A stretch of DNA of 64,000 nt, from assembly GCA_964458565.1 (NCBI GenBank), contig CAYWJO010000002.1, forward strand, positions 32,001-96,000, read 5' to 3'. Origin of the DNA: an uncultured archaeon. Its GTDB lineage: Archaea > Asgardarchaeota > Thorarchaeia > Thorarchaeales > Thorarchaeaceae. The first letter of the stretch is position 1; each line of letters starts with the position of its first letter. Under the pieces are notes generated by a model. It saw only the letters and a list, made by a program, of their open reading frames with translations. It made no database searches and was not told where the DNA came from. The translations under genes were made by a program, and so were the position numbers. Shown piece by piece: positions 40,078 to 50,731 of the stretch.

Positions 40078-40443
40078 TTGTCAGATGATGACCTTGAAAC
40101 CACCTTATCCAAGCTTAAGAATCCCCGAATGATTGCTGGTCGTGTTGTTCTTTATAGTCTCCTTGATGCCTTGCAGGGTCCCCCTACATCTCCGAGTGCT
40201 GTTAGGGATAAGGTTGATTCTCGTTTCAAAGAACGTGATGTATCGAAACAATCTATAACAAACGCTGCTCGTCGTCTTGAAGAAGCTGGTATTATTGAAC
40301 GCACAGATGGATACTCGGTAAACTATGGATATCTCATCTCTCTGCTACTGCATACTGTTATGGAATTGACTGATTGTATCAGAGATATGGAAGATGATAT
40401 TGCGGAATTGAAGGACGCTCTTAAATCCGGAACTTTGCATTGA
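40078..40443 (+). CDS. Winged-helix protein with C-terminal coiled coil
   Basis: VSKQSITNAARRLEEAGIIER; heptad tail; start probably TTG 40078. Confidence 0.6.
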   Translation: MSDDDLETTLSKLKNPRMIAGRVVLYSLLDALQGPPTSPSAVRDKVDSRFKERDVSKQSITNAARRLEEAGIIERTDGYSVNYGYLISLLLHTVMELTDCIRDMEDDIAELKDALKSGTLH

Positions 40444-40555
40444 TTTCAAACAGAGATCCTACCCAAGATAGACCAATGAGTTGTTTAGTTTTCAGATGGT
40501 GTACGTGGAAACACAGCAAAGGTAATTACGAAAAAGTGTAATAATATACTCTGGA

Positions 40556-41650
40556 GTGATGGAGATGTCTTCAAGCAACACAGGGAAGTTTGTTGTAGTA
40601 TTTATCATAATCATTAGTTTAGCATCTGCGACATTTCTGATTATTGGACTGCAATCAATCCTTCCGTCTGGACCTTCAAATTCAACAACAACTGGTACTT
40701 CTACAACCCCTACGACACAATCGACATCATCACCAGAACCAACGCTACCAACAGAACCGACAACAACCCCTACCTTTACAGAACCTGTGATTAATGGGAC
40801 GGAATTCGAAGCAATACAGATTACTGGTGATGCAGATTTTGCTTCAAAAGCAGATCAATATGGTTGGGTTGGTACAGGAAGTTCTTCAAGTCCATTCATA
40901 ATTGAAGGGTTGGAGATTTCGATTAGTACATCTTCACCTTACATATGCATTAGCATCACAGATGTGACATCACATTTCATAATCCGGGAGTGTTTTCTTC
41001 AATCAACAACTAATTGGATTGGTACAGGTGTCGAGCTCTGGAATACAACTAATGGAATAGTTGATTCCTGCTATATTAGCAATTCATCGATGGGCGTCAA
41101 TATGGTCTTCTGTAAGAATATTCAGGTTATAGACTGTGCTATATGGAATAGTGAATATGCATTGAATGTCAGTTTTTCAGAATCCGTAAAAATCATGGGG
41201 AATCAAGTTGTTTTTGCAGAAGCTTGGAACATATTGGTGGATAATACCGATTATGTTGATATTCTGTACAATGATTTTCAATATGGCGGATTTGGAATCA
41301 TGTACTGGTATTCCAACCATGGAGGCATCATTGGTAATAATGTGACCAACAATGATGATGGTATACAAATCGGTGGACCTTGTACGAATGTGACCATATT
41401 GATGAACCGGATTACAGAGAATAATGGTCTCGGGATAAAACTATACGAAAGTACAAGTGGCTGTCATGTCGTAAATAATGAGATTGGTTGGAATACAGGC
41501 AACAATGGAGAAGACGATGGTACGGCAAATATGTGGGATGACGGAATAAGTATGGGTAATGCATGGAGTGATTATGGCGGTGCCGGTGATTATAATATTC
41601 CTGGTTCTGCAGGAAGTGCGGATCACTACCCCACGCTTTTAGAATCTTGA
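40556..41650 (+). CDS. Membrane-tethered parallel beta-helix (NosD/pectin-lyase-like) protein
   Basis: N-terminal TM, T/P/S linker, GTGSSSSPFIIEG, Asn/Ile repeats, GNAWSDY, DHYP. Confidence 0.85.
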   Translation: MMEMSSSNTGKFVVVFIIIISLASATFLIIGLQSILPSGPSNSTTTGTSTTPTTQSTSSPEPTLPTEPTTTPTFTEPVINGTEFEAIQITGDADFASKADQYGWVGTGSSSSPFIIEGLEISISTSSPYICISITDVTSHFIIRECFLQSTTNWIGTGVELWNTTNGIVDSCYISNSSMGVNMVFCKNIQVIDCAIWNSEYALNVSFSESVKIMGNQVVFAEAWNILVDNTDYVDILYNDFQYGGFGIMYWYSNHGGIIGNNVTNNDDGIQIGGPCTNVTILMNRITENNGLGIKLYESTSGCHVVNNEIGWNTGNNGEDDGTANMWDDGISMGNAWSDYGGAGDYNIPGSAGSADHYPTLLES

Positions 41651-41651
41651 A

Positions 41652-42200
41652 TCACTTTGCTAATCTCTTACCAATCCATACAAACAGCAGCAAAAGCACA
41701 ATACCAAACCCAAATCCTAGAAGTACCCATTTTGTAATTGTCACAAGACTAGCAATAGCAACAATTGCTGGTGACAAATTTGGGTACACTGCAATCTGCG
41801 AAGCAATGATCGCATTTTCTAAATAGTCAGCCATTGCTGCAAAGAGTGGAACAATTGAAATGACTCTTAATCGTTTATCATCGGGATAGAGTGAGTTTAA
41901 TTCCATAGTGATACCAATAACCAACGCAAATGAATATCCGAGTGGAAACAATAGGTCTAGTAAATGAACTTGGGACCAAACTTGAAGACCCTCCATGCCC
42001 AGTGTGTCGAAAGCATCCTTTAGATCATCATATCCATATCCAAAATTGGTGTCTGGCATATTTGCTTCTCCGTAGACATCATAAACGAGTGTCTGAGTCA
42101 AGTATCCCATCACTGCAACTACCAGAACACTCGTGATGATTGTTAGAATCAAATTGCGTGTGTTGGAAATTTTATCTAAACGATTCGCTAATCGCTCCAA
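41652..42200 (-). CDS. Membrane protein
   Basis: LD.LFP..Y, ADYLEN, T..KW; four TMs. Confidence 0.75.
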   Translation of the reverse strand: MERLANRLDKISNTRNLILTIITSVLVVAVMGYLTQTLVYDVYGEANMPDTNFGYGYDDLKDAFDTLGMEGLQVWSQVHLLDLLFPLGYSFALVIGITMELNSLYPDDKRLRVISIVPLFAAMADYLENAIIASQIAVYPNLSPAIVAIASLVTITKWVLLGFGFGIVLLLLFVWIGKRLAK

Positions 42201-42254
42201 AGTTCATTATCACCTCTGAGAGAATGTACAATCGACAAGAAAATTCCTTCGATA

Positions 42255-42815
42255 TCATGATATTGAGCACCTCCATTCTAGAGCACGTTTCTCTATGTCC
42301 TGTATAAACTCAGATTTTCCTTCTGTATAACTCTCAATATCCTCAGGATACTGTTTAGCCAAATCTCTCTTGATTCTACAGTATTCCTTAGCTAACTTGG
42401 TATTACATCTTAGATAATCCCTGAAGTTAAGATGGCGGGTGATATGTGGACTGCCTTTTTGGAAGATATGTATATGATGAGATCTATTTTCATTCTCTCC
42501 CTTACTGAAATATCTGCGTCCAGAGATTCCAAGTTCCCCACGAGGTTCATATCCTAGCTCAACCATTATCGAATTTCTCTCATCAACCTTCCCAATATCT
42601 GTGACCTCGACAAGAATGTCGATAATGGGTTTGGCACAGATATCTGGAATTGATGTACTTCCTATGTGATGAATACTAACGAAGAGATCTCCAATCGCTT
42701 TCTCAATTAGCTTCGCTTCGCAAATATATTCTGTCACCCATTTTGGATTATAGTTTTCAAGGATTATCTTTCGTGCCATTTCTAATTCATTGTGGAATGA
42801 TACCATGCGAATCAT
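42255..42815 (-). CDS. GrpB (UPF0157) family protein
   Basis: YNPKW, HHIGSTSIP..AKPIIDI, FRDYLR, Y..GK. Confidence 0.93.
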   Translation of the reverse strand: MIRMVSFHNELEMARKIILENYNPKWVTEYICEAKLIEKAIGDLFVSIHHIGSTSIPDICAKPIIDILVEVTDIGKVDERNSIMVELGYEPRGELGISGRRYFSKGENENRSHHIHIFQKGSPHITRHLNFRDYLRCNTKLAKEYCRIKRDLAKQYPEDIESYTEGKSEFIQDIEKRALEWRCSIS

Positions 42816-43023
42816 ATACCTTATCGTTCTTATAGTGCATTTTGTTGCGATCCTTGATAAGATATTGAATATTAATACTTGAAACTATGGTTGCAATTCC
42901 TAAATAATTGAACTTCTAATTTGATATTCCAAAGACAAATTAATAAGACAATGGATATCAAATTCTCTCGCCACACTTCATAGCAAAAATCATTTCCTTT
43001 TTTGCCTGTGATGACTTAGAAAT

Positions 43024-43098
43024 GGCCTAAGTGGTGTAACGGTAGCATAAGGGATTGTGGCTCCCTTGACGGGGGTTCGATTCCCCCCTTGGGCCCCA
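43024..43098 (+). tRNA. tRNA-His (GTG) with genome-encoded G-1 and CCA
   Basis: Acceptor GCCTAAG/CTTGGGC, anticodon arm AGGGA-TTGTGGC-TCCCT, T arm GGGGG-TTCGATT-CCCCC, C73, CCA; G at -1. Confidence 0.97.
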
Positions 43099-43123
43099 TT
43101 TATTCAATTATTCAGGATGCCAA

Positions 43124-43585
43124 CTAGAACTCCTCGTCTTCCTCAATCCAGACATCCAAGTCGTGGATTTCATCTATTCCAAGTTCTGATAGCTTTGTAT
43201 GAATCTCCTCAATCTCGTCGTTTCTTTCCATCTTCCGCCAATCTCGTCCAGTTTCTCGAGCTGGTTCCACTCCTTTTATGAACCGTTGGCGTATATGCCA
43301 TAGTATATCGAATCGACGGAGCGTGACTCCTAGACGCACTGCCCTCTTTGCTAATGCATCAAGCCGATCAAAAAAGTCCATTGCTCTGTCACAGTCAAGA
43401 ATGGTACTGTTACCGACGCTCTCATTCCAATGTTCTAAGAGTGAACTCTTACCAATACCCCCGATTCCCCCAAGATGTAGAACTACACTTTTTTCTCTAC
43501 AACGCTTGATTGCTTCATCCATCCAAGTTAGATAGGTGTCCCTATTAACGAACACTCGTTCTACAGGTTTATAGTGTTCATACAT
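43124..43585 (-). pseudogene. Truncated STAND/AAA-type P-loop ATPase
   Basis: FVNR and Walker A GIGGIGKS, but the ORF ends at 153 aa without a Walker B. Confidence 0.6.
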
Positions 43586-43743
43586 CCATTCGACCTCAGC
43601 TAGTCACTTTATACAGAGATGGGTCTTAAGAATGTCGTTGAGAGTCCTAACTACCAAGTTCTCACCTTCTCTGAGAACGCACTGGTTCCAGCATGATGAG
43701 AGTAACATATATTTCCCCTGAAATTTCTGAATGAGGGTTCTAT

Positions 43744-44139
43744 TCATTTCTGTCTGTTTATCCAGAGTTTCAATGCTTTTTTAGCAAATTTACCCGTTAA
43801 TTTTTCATAGGCTTGTCTTGGAGCTAATAACAGTACTTCATCAACATCATCACCTGCTACCGGTTCTCCACCATGCGCCTGTGAAACAAACACAATGAAA
43901 ATGAACTGCTTTTCTTTTTTAGAAAATGGATACGATATCAAATACTCACTTATTCTGACTTTGAGATCTGTTTCCTCCAATACCTCTCGAATTGCTGCCT
44001 CCTCAAGACTCTCTCCAACTTCTACAAATCCCCCAGGCAGACCCCATAGGTCCTTGTTCTTTGAACTAACGATTACAATCTTTTCCCCCATCAAGACCAA
44101 CGATGCAACCACTGGAGTTGGATTAATATAATCACTCAT
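43744..44139 (-). CDS. NUDIX hydrolase
   Basis: GFVEVGESLEEAAIREVLEETDL Nudix box. Confidence 0.93.
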   Translation of the reverse strand: MSDYINPTPVVASLVLMGEKIVIVSSKNKDLWGLPGGFVEVGESLEEAAIREVLEETDLKVRISEYLISYPFSKKEKQFIFIVFVSQAHGGEPVAGDDVDEVLLLAPRQAYEKLTGKFAKKALKLWINRQK

Positions 44140-44165
44140 GATAATTTATGAACAACTGACACTCT

Positions 44166-44513
44166 TTAGTCATTCTCTGAAAAGGATCTTGACGTAAACC
44201 TTCCACAATCATCACAGATGATTTCATAATCCCAATATGCGTCGCCGCTATGAGGACTAACACACCAATGAGCATAGATGACCTTCACACTCTCACCTTC
44301 ACAGTTACCGCACCCCTTCATCCAGATTTTACCATTTAACGGATGTGCTTCTATGGACACACCTGATCCTGTGAAGATCATAGTTATCCAATCATTATCC
44401 TCACTTGGTGAGATAGGTTCTTTATACCGCAACTTCCAGTCCTCAGCAGCTATTCTTGGGGTGTCAGTTATCTGTTCGTAGAGCATGTCATTCCACCTGA
44501 ACTCGATTCTCAT
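44166..44513 (-). CDS. Hypothetical Zn-binding protein
   Basis: CGNC and CDDC pairs. Confidence 0.6.
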   Translation of the reverse strand: MRIEFRWNDMLYEQITDTPRIAAEDWKLRYKEPISPSEDNDWITMIFTGSGVSIEAHPLNGKIWMKGCGNCEGESVKVIYAHWCVSPHSGDAYWDYEIICDDCGRFTSRSFSEND

Positions 44514-44552
44514 GGATGCAATGATTCTTGTGTGTTTACATTTTCTATGAGA

Positions 44553-45041
44553 TTAGTCCTTATGAAGTGCAATCCAACAACCCTTCCACCATGATTGAAA
44601 ATCACCCTCTGCGGAAATTGAGATACCTGAGTCTATTCCAATCTTCATTGGCAAATCATTCTTCACTTCTTCGATGTCTATTTCTACAATAGCATACCTT
44701 TCATCAAATTTCCAAGGTTCTGCTACAACACGAGCTTGTCCTTTAACACTAACAGCAATATCTGGAGGACTTACCAAGCATATCATGACTCGTTTGTTTC
44801 TCTTCAGATTTGCCAATGTATCATGATAACGATGAATTACAACACGTAATAATCTGGGTGTGACAGCGTGTAAGCTACCGAAAGGTGCTGTGTGTGGTGT
44901 ATTATTCTCATCAACTGTCGCTATCACCGAGCTTGGATTAAGTACGCCACTAGGTTTCTTCCAAACCTGAAACGCATCATCTCTCAATTCTGACAATCTT
45001 CTCCAGCGTGATTCTCCGCCGTTTTCTTCTGAACCTGTCAT
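44553..45041 (-). CDS. Pyridoxamine 5'-phosphate oxidase-like (FMN split barrel) protein
   Basis: IATVDE..PHTAP, TLANLKRN, VSVKGQA. Confidence 0.85.
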   Translation of the reverse strand: MTGSEENGGESRWRRLSELRDDAFQVWKKPSGVLNPSSVIATVDENNTPHTAPFGSLHAVTPRLLRVVIHRYHDTLANLKRNKRVMICLVSPPDIAVSVKGQARVVAEPWKFDERYAIVEIDIEEVKNDLPMKIGIDSGISISAEGDFQSWWKGCWIALHKD

Positions 45042-45217
45042 TATAATTTCCCCTGAACCTATTTCGAAATGCTTTCAAATAATATTTATTTATCAGTCAA
45101 CATCAACAAAACTTGGATTTCTGGCCATTAGAGCACATCTCTTCCCTATTTTATTCTTTCAATTCCTTGAAAGATTCGTTATATAATATGCTCCCCCTTC
45201 TCAACTTGGTGATGCGA

Positions 45218-46093
45218 ATGAAACGGTTATGGTTTCTAACTCTAGCCATTATTTGTGGAGCGATGTTGTATAGTGTACCAATACAATCGAATTCACTAGA
45301 AAGGAGCATTGACATTGGTGCAATAGATGGCGAGGATATTTCCTTTCCTGTCGCGATCAATTCTCCAATTCAGACACAAGAAAACAAACCAACACACTGG
45401 GCAGTCATAGTTGGAATTAGCGATTACAATGTTATATCTGATCTCCACTTCTGTGATGATGATGCAAACGATTGGTATTATTATCTCTTGGATATGGGGT
45501 ATGAGAATATACTCGTTCTCGGAGATGACACAAGTACCTATGCACAATATGATGGCTTAGCTACAGAGTATAACGCGAAACAGGCTCTACTATATATGGT
45601 GAGCAATGCTGGTGAAAAAGACACAATCTCTTTCATAACCTCTGGTCATGGTGCAGGTGATAGTAGAGGTGCTAGTTTCTTATGTATGTGGGATACCAAT
45701 GCAGGGGAAAATGGTGAGGATGGACGGTTTTGGGATTATGAAGTCGCCTCCATACTCGAACTAGCTGTTGCTTCAAATATATTCGTCTTCATAGATCATT
45801 GTTTCGCTGGTGGATTTGGCGACGATTTAATGTCGATGTCAAATTCAGAGCATGTATACCTAGCTGCAACCTGTGATATAATGGGTATGGGCTGGGATGC
45901 TGGAGAATTTAGCAATGGACTTTGGACCTATTTCTTCTTGGAATATACTCTGATTGGAGCTTTTGACTCCGACCCTGGAACCGAGATGGAAGTGGCATTT
46001 GAGTATGCTGCAGATGCGTATCCCTATCCAAGAGGCGCACACCATCCACAAGAGTATGATGGGAATCTTGCTGAGGCGTTTATTCTGTGGTAG
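45218..46093 (+). CDS. Secreted caspase-family (C14) peptidase
   Basis: Signal peptide MKRLWFLTLAIICG; WAVIVGISDY, L..CDDDA, SGHG, DHCFAGG. Confidence 0.85.
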   Translation: MKRLWFLTLAIICGAMLYSVPIQSNSLERSIDIGAIDGEDISFPVAINSPIQTQENKPTHWAVIVGISDYNVISDLHFCDDDANDWYYYLLDMGYENILVLGDDTSTYAQYDGLATEYNAKQALLYMVSNAGEKDTISFITSGHGAGDSRGASFLCMWDTNAGENGEDGRFWDYEVASILELAVASNIFVFIDHCFAGGFGDDLMSMSNSEHVYLAATCDIMGMGWDAGEFSNGLWTYFFLEYTLIGAFDSDPGTEMEVAFEYAADAYPYPRGAHHPQEYDGNLAEAFILW

Positions 46094-46119
46094 AATATTC
46101 GATATCTTCTAAAGCGAAC

Positions 46120-46167
46120 GGGTTGGAAGGAGTGATGAAGACTTACATTCCGACCCAATTTTTATTT
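46120..46167 (+). terminator. Hairpin plus T-tract after the caspase-like gene
   Basis: GGGTTGGAA...TTCCGACCC then AATTTTTATTT. Confidence 0.5.
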
Positions 46168-46221
46168 CATTCCATCCAACAAATTAGATATACTAATTTC
46201 ATGGAAATTAATGGTTTGTTG

Positions 46222-47085
46222 CTACAGACGCATTTCTGATTCTGGGTCGATATGAATTGTTAAGACTATATTGGGTGATATTTTCTCAAGTTCATTTTCA
46301 ATTTCATCAATAATATCATGGGCTTTTCTCACACTCATTGAATCCTCGACTGTTAGATGAACCTCAGCAAGTATCCTACTCCCTTGTTTCCGAGTTTTTA
46401 AGTCATGAAACTCTATCACTTTGGTTTGGTACTTTGAAAGTACTTCTTCTATTACCTGTTCCTCATCAGGACAAGAGTGGTCCATAAGACGTTTTGTGGA
46501 CCGTAGAACCAATCCAATTCCCATCTTCAGAATTATTGCTGATACAATGAATGCAAGAAATGAATCCATAAATTGCCAACTGGTTACTTGAGCGATAAGG
46601 AGTCCAATCCATACGCCTACTGTTGAAATCACGTCCGATAATAGGTGCTTTGCATCACCCTCTAATGCTACAGACTCATTATGTTTAGCTGTACGCATCA
46701 AGAGAACTGAAATTCCTGCATTGAGAAAAGTAGCTATAATAGATATACCAATCGCAAGATTCAGTTCAAGAAGCCCTGCAGATTCAAAAAGACGTCCTAT
46801 TGCTGTGTTTATTATTAGAAGGGCTGCAGCGATTATGAAAATACCTTCAAGCCCACTTGATATATCCTCAATCTTTTGGTGACCATAGTTATGAGTTTCA
46901 TCAGGTGGTTTCTCTGAAATGAGTATTGAGAATAACATCATGACTGAAGCTAGAATGTTCACAACTGATTCTAAAGCATCGGATAGTAAAGCTACTGAAT
47001 TTGAAACTAAATATGACCAGTATTTCAAACAAAATACAATTATTCCCACCATAATTACAATCAATGCTACTTCTTTCTTTTTCAT
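46222..47085 (-). CDS. Cation diffusion facilitator (FieF-like)
   Basis: SDALES, PPDETHNYGHQK.E, HLLSD, H.LKTR, IH.DP. Confidence 0.93.
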   Translation of the reverse strand: MKKKEVALIVIMVGIIVFCLKYWSYLVSNSVALLSDALESVVNILASVMMLFSILISEKPPDETHNYGHQKIEDISSGLEGIFIIAAALLIINTAIGRLFESAGLLELNLAIGISIIATFLNAGISVLLMRTAKHNESVALEGDAKHLLSDVISTVGVWIGLLIAQVTSWQFMDSFLAFIVSAIILKMGIGLVLRSTKRLMDHSCPDEEQVIEEVLSKYQTKVIEFHDLKTRKQGSRILAEVHLTVEDSMSVRKAHDIIDEIENELEKISPNIVLTIHIDPESEMRL

Positions 47086-47247
47086 GAGTGTGAACCAATC
47101 ATGACTTTTGATTGCATCTTTTAGGTCTTGTTTTCTGAACGTAAGCTATCAACTTTGATATAGCTTATTTTTCTCCATTCAATCAGAATTGATCTCATCA
47201 CTAGAGATTCATTGTGGTATTGTTATAGTATAGAGAAAATGGGTGGT

Positions 47248-47274
47248 ATGAGGGAAGACAAAGCCCTCCCTCAT
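47248..47274 (-). terminator. Hairpin after the subtilase gene
   Basis: ATGAGGGA/TCCCTCAT 8-bp stem about 10 nt past the stop codon. Confidence 0.5.
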
Positions 47275-47283
47275 TTTATGCAG

Positions 47284-48879
47284 TTATGCGGTTGCGCCAT
47301 CGGCTTGTATGAATCCTGCACCTTGAGTGGTCGCATCATAACCAAGATCCACTGCAGTTGCTTGCAGGTGGCCCTCAAGCCATGCAACACTCTGTGCTCC
47401 AAATGCTTCAAACATCAGCGCATAGACTCCAGAGGTCTGCGGACAGCTGAAGCTTGTCCCACTGATGTAATAGTATCCACCATAATAGGGCAAAACCAAG
47501 TTCTCACCTATACCGGTGACATCGACTTTACCTCGAGATGAGAAGTCAGATACGAAGACACCAGAGAAGTCGTTCTCTGGAATATCAGTCCAGATTCCTG
47601 TCGGACCATAAGCACCGGTGAGCCCGACATATCCTGCTGCTGCAACCGATGTTGTATCATCAAGATTGGCTGGGTATGCCGTAGTGTCCGCTGCTGGACC
47701 ATCATTTCCTGCAGAGGTGCAAACTACTATACCATCGTTTTCTGCATTTGCAACTGCGTTGTTCAATGCAGTGTTGGTATAGTCATATCCGAGCGACATT
47801 GACACAACCATGTTGTAACTGCTGAGTGGTCCAGCTTTTAGAGTCCGTGCATAGTTGATACAATCAGCCCAGTTGTTTAACATCTCTGTTGAAGTGACTC
47901 CTCCACCAATCCAATAGAAACATCTGAGCATGACGATTTTAGCATCCTCTGCAACACCCCTAATCCAGTAATCAGTGGTACTATCAAGTCTATATCCAAT
48001 TATTGTTCCTGTAACAGCTGAACCATGCCCCTCTGTATCTTCGTTGTATGCCACATTGTCTTTCCCAAGTTCTTGAGTATAACTACGACAATACTCTGTT
48101 AGGATATTCTCCTGTGGGAAGTAATCAAGCCAATTTGATACAAGCCCTGTGTCAATAATGACAACGACTGTACCTGCACCAGTATAGCTCATCTTCTCAG
48201 TGTCAATGACATCATTCCACCATGGTAGCAATTGTGGAAGCGTGTCTTTTGACCAACCTTGGCTGCCTCTATTATCAACCGTAATTGTGTGTTCATCTGA
48301 ACTAGTAAGATCACCACTATCAGTGGCTTCAGCATAGATTGTATGATCGCCATTAGCATAAGCGGTTGTATCCCAATTGTATGAATATGCGGTTGTAATA
48401 TATGTGTCATCAATGTATATGCCAGGAATAAGATTGGCATCTTCATCGTTTACTGTCACTGAGATTGTGACAGAACCTGATATTGTCGCACCATTAGATG
48501 GATTTGTGATAGTCGCAATTGGTGGATTGTTACCAGTTCCCCCGTTGCTAACTGTTACTGTGATAGTATGTGTCACTCTAGGAGTATATGCATAGATAGT
48601 ATGTGTTCCATCATTGTATGTATTTGTATTCCAATAATATGAATAAGACCTGGCAACATATACACCATCAATATAGATTCTTGGCGTCTTCCAAGCACTC
48701 ACTGTGATAGTCACATAACCTGTTACTGTATCTCCATCACCTGGATTGGTGATGGTGCAAAACTTGGCCATCAACATAGACTAAGGTTCATGGTTAGTTA
48801 CTGTTGTAGCTGTTCCAACGAATATCGAACCAAGAAAGATACTCGCGAGAAACAGTCCTAGCAACATATTTCGTTTCAT
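47284..48879 (-). CDS. S8 subtilase with two N-terminal Ig-like repeats; signal peptide separated by an in-frame TAG (48781-48783)
   Basis: Triad IIDTG, EGHGSAV, GTSFSCP; SAGN oxyanion motif; upstream in frame MKRNMLLGLFLASIFLGSIFVGTATTVTNHEP*SMLMAK. Confidence 0.88.
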
Positions 48880-49084
48880 TTCAAGATACTCCGTTATCTC
48901 CGCATTCTCGAATGGAAAACCGCGTGCGAAGTTCAATTTTTAGAAAACAAAGAGCATTTTATATCATTTCTTTTTTTCTAAAAAGTTATTGAAGCAGAAA
49001 AGTGCATGTTTCCTACCATTTGATTTAATGGTGGCAAAGCCAAGTGTTTAATTGGTAATTGCACACATCAATGAGGTGATTGAA

Positions 49085-50647
49085 ATGTATCATCGCAAAC
49101 GGCTCTTATTCCTAATTGCTATCACATTGCTGATGGCTTCCCCCATATTACTCTCTTTCAGTGAGAAATTAGTGAGTATTGAACAAAGTTACAATTTTAG
49201 TGCTGATACTCCCTTTGCTAGAGGTCCTATTATTTCCAAGGTGACTAACGACTCATTGGTCATATTTTGGAGAACGGATGTTGCCACAGATGCGGAAGTC
49301 GAGTATGGTCTTTCGGATTCCAATTTGGACCAATCAACAGTAAATTCCACACTAGATACGGATCATCGCATTTTGCTTAGTGGTTTGGATCCTGATACCA
49401 AGTATTATTATCGTGTGACCTCGGATTCACTTGAGAGTGAAATCTACCACTTTCGAACTGCGCCGCTGACCATGGACACTTTCAAGCTCGCAGTAATCGG
49501 AGATAACCGGCCTGATACTGGAGATGAACCTGTACAACCAACTGTATTCAAGACTCTGATGGATATGATCATTCTAGAGGAGCCCCATCTTGTTATCATG
49601 ACAGGTGATTTCGTATATCGAGTTAATAATGAACTTGAATCCGATCTTCTTGCTTGGGAGTACCTTACGAACGTAACAGACAAGCTGGGTCATTATGCCC
49701 CAATCCTAACTGTGATTGGAAATCACGATACCGGTGCACATACAGGGACTATTCGTGCCCAATACTATCTGGATGCTTTCGAACTATACAATGAACCATC
49801 GCTATATTACTCGTTTGATTATGCAGGTGCTCATTTCACTTGTCTTAATTCAGAAGAATATGGCTTAGAGGGTCGAATTACTGGTGATCAGTATGATTGG
49901 TTAGTATCTGATCTTGAGTCAACATCACAGCCATTGAAGATTGTAGTTGCCCATCGCCCATTATATCCATGTAACCATATAGGAAGCTCAATGGATGTCA
50001 ATGAAGCAGAACGAGATGCACTTCAGCAGCTATTTGAAGAGAACAATGTCACACTCTTTCTAGCTGGACATGACCATCTGTTCAATAGAATTAACGTTAA
50101 TGGAGTTGTTCACTTCATTATCGGAGGTGGAGGTGCACCAGCATATACAACACCATGGGGTGGTGATTATAATCACTATTTCGTAGCTAATGTCAGTCCA
50201 AGAGAAATTGAGTCTGAAGTAATAAAGCCGAATGGTGAGATAGCAAATGAATACAGGTTGCCTTATGACGGTCCTATAGAGATAGAAATACGTGGTTTTG
50301 GTAATAGATCAATTAAACCCGCTGGATCAATGCCAGAAGTCTATTTCTCAGAGCCTCCAGTAACCACATACTACTCGTGGGATGGAGGTTCGAATTCGAC
50401 AACTCTTACAGGACTTCCGGATGTAAGTGGCTCACACACATTAGATATATTCGCAGAAGATGATCTGGGTGTCTGGGGTCACGAAGTCTTTGTTTTTACT
50501 CGTACGGGTTCAGAGCCCACTACAACTACTACAACTAGTTCTCCCATGCCCGTGGACTTGGGATTGGGACAAATCCTGTTATTTGCGGGTGCTGGAATCG
50601 GAGTTGTCATCATCGTTCTTGTTATAGTCAAATTAAGAACCAAATGA
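49085..50647 (+). CDS. Membrane-anchored purple-acid-phosphatase-like metallophosphoesterase with FN3 domain
   Basis: Signal peptide, LDPDTKYYYRV, GDNR, TGD, GNHD, AHRP, GHDH; Thr linker + TM. Confidence 0.92.
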   Translation: MYHRKRLLFLIAITLLMASPILLSFSEKLVSIEQSYNFSADTPFARGPIISKVTNDSLVIFWRTDVATDAEVEYGLSDSNLDQSTVNSTLDTDHRILLSGLDPDTKYYYRVTSDSLESEIYHFRTAPLTMDTFKLAVIGDNRPDTGDEPVQPTVFKTLMDMIILEEPHLVIMTGDFVYRVNNELESDLLAWEYLTNVTDKLGHYAPILTVIGNHDTGAHTGTIRAQYYLDAFELYNEPSLYYSFDYAGAHFTCLNSEEYGLEGRITGDQYDWLVSDLESTSQPLKIVVAHRPLYPCNHIGSSMDVNEAERDALQQLFEENNVTLFLAGHDHLFNRINVNGVVHFIIGGGGAPAYTTPWGGDYNHYFVANVSPREIESEVIKPNGEIANEYRLPYDGPIEIEIRGFGNRSIKPAGSMPEVYFSEPPVTTYYSWDGGSNSTTLTGLPDVSGSHTLDIFAEDDLGVWGHEVFVFTRTGSEPTTTTTTSSPMPVDLGLGQILLFAGAGIGVVIIVLVIVKLRTK

Positions 50648-50662
50648 CGAGTATAGCTGCAT

Positions 50663-50691
50663 TAAGGTCATTGAATTAATCAATGACCTTA
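50663..50691. repeat. Perfect 12-bp inverted repeat
   Basis: TAAGGTCATTGA-ATTAA-TCAATGACCTTA. Confidence 0.8.
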
Positions 50692-50731
50692 TACATTTGT
50701 TTTAGCTTAACATTACCCGTGACACACTAAT

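Noticed and set aside
48937-48984. TTTTTAGAAAA/TTTTCTAAAAA inverted repeat around the subtilase promoter
   Set aside because: Low-complexity A/T sequence; chance pairing is likely.
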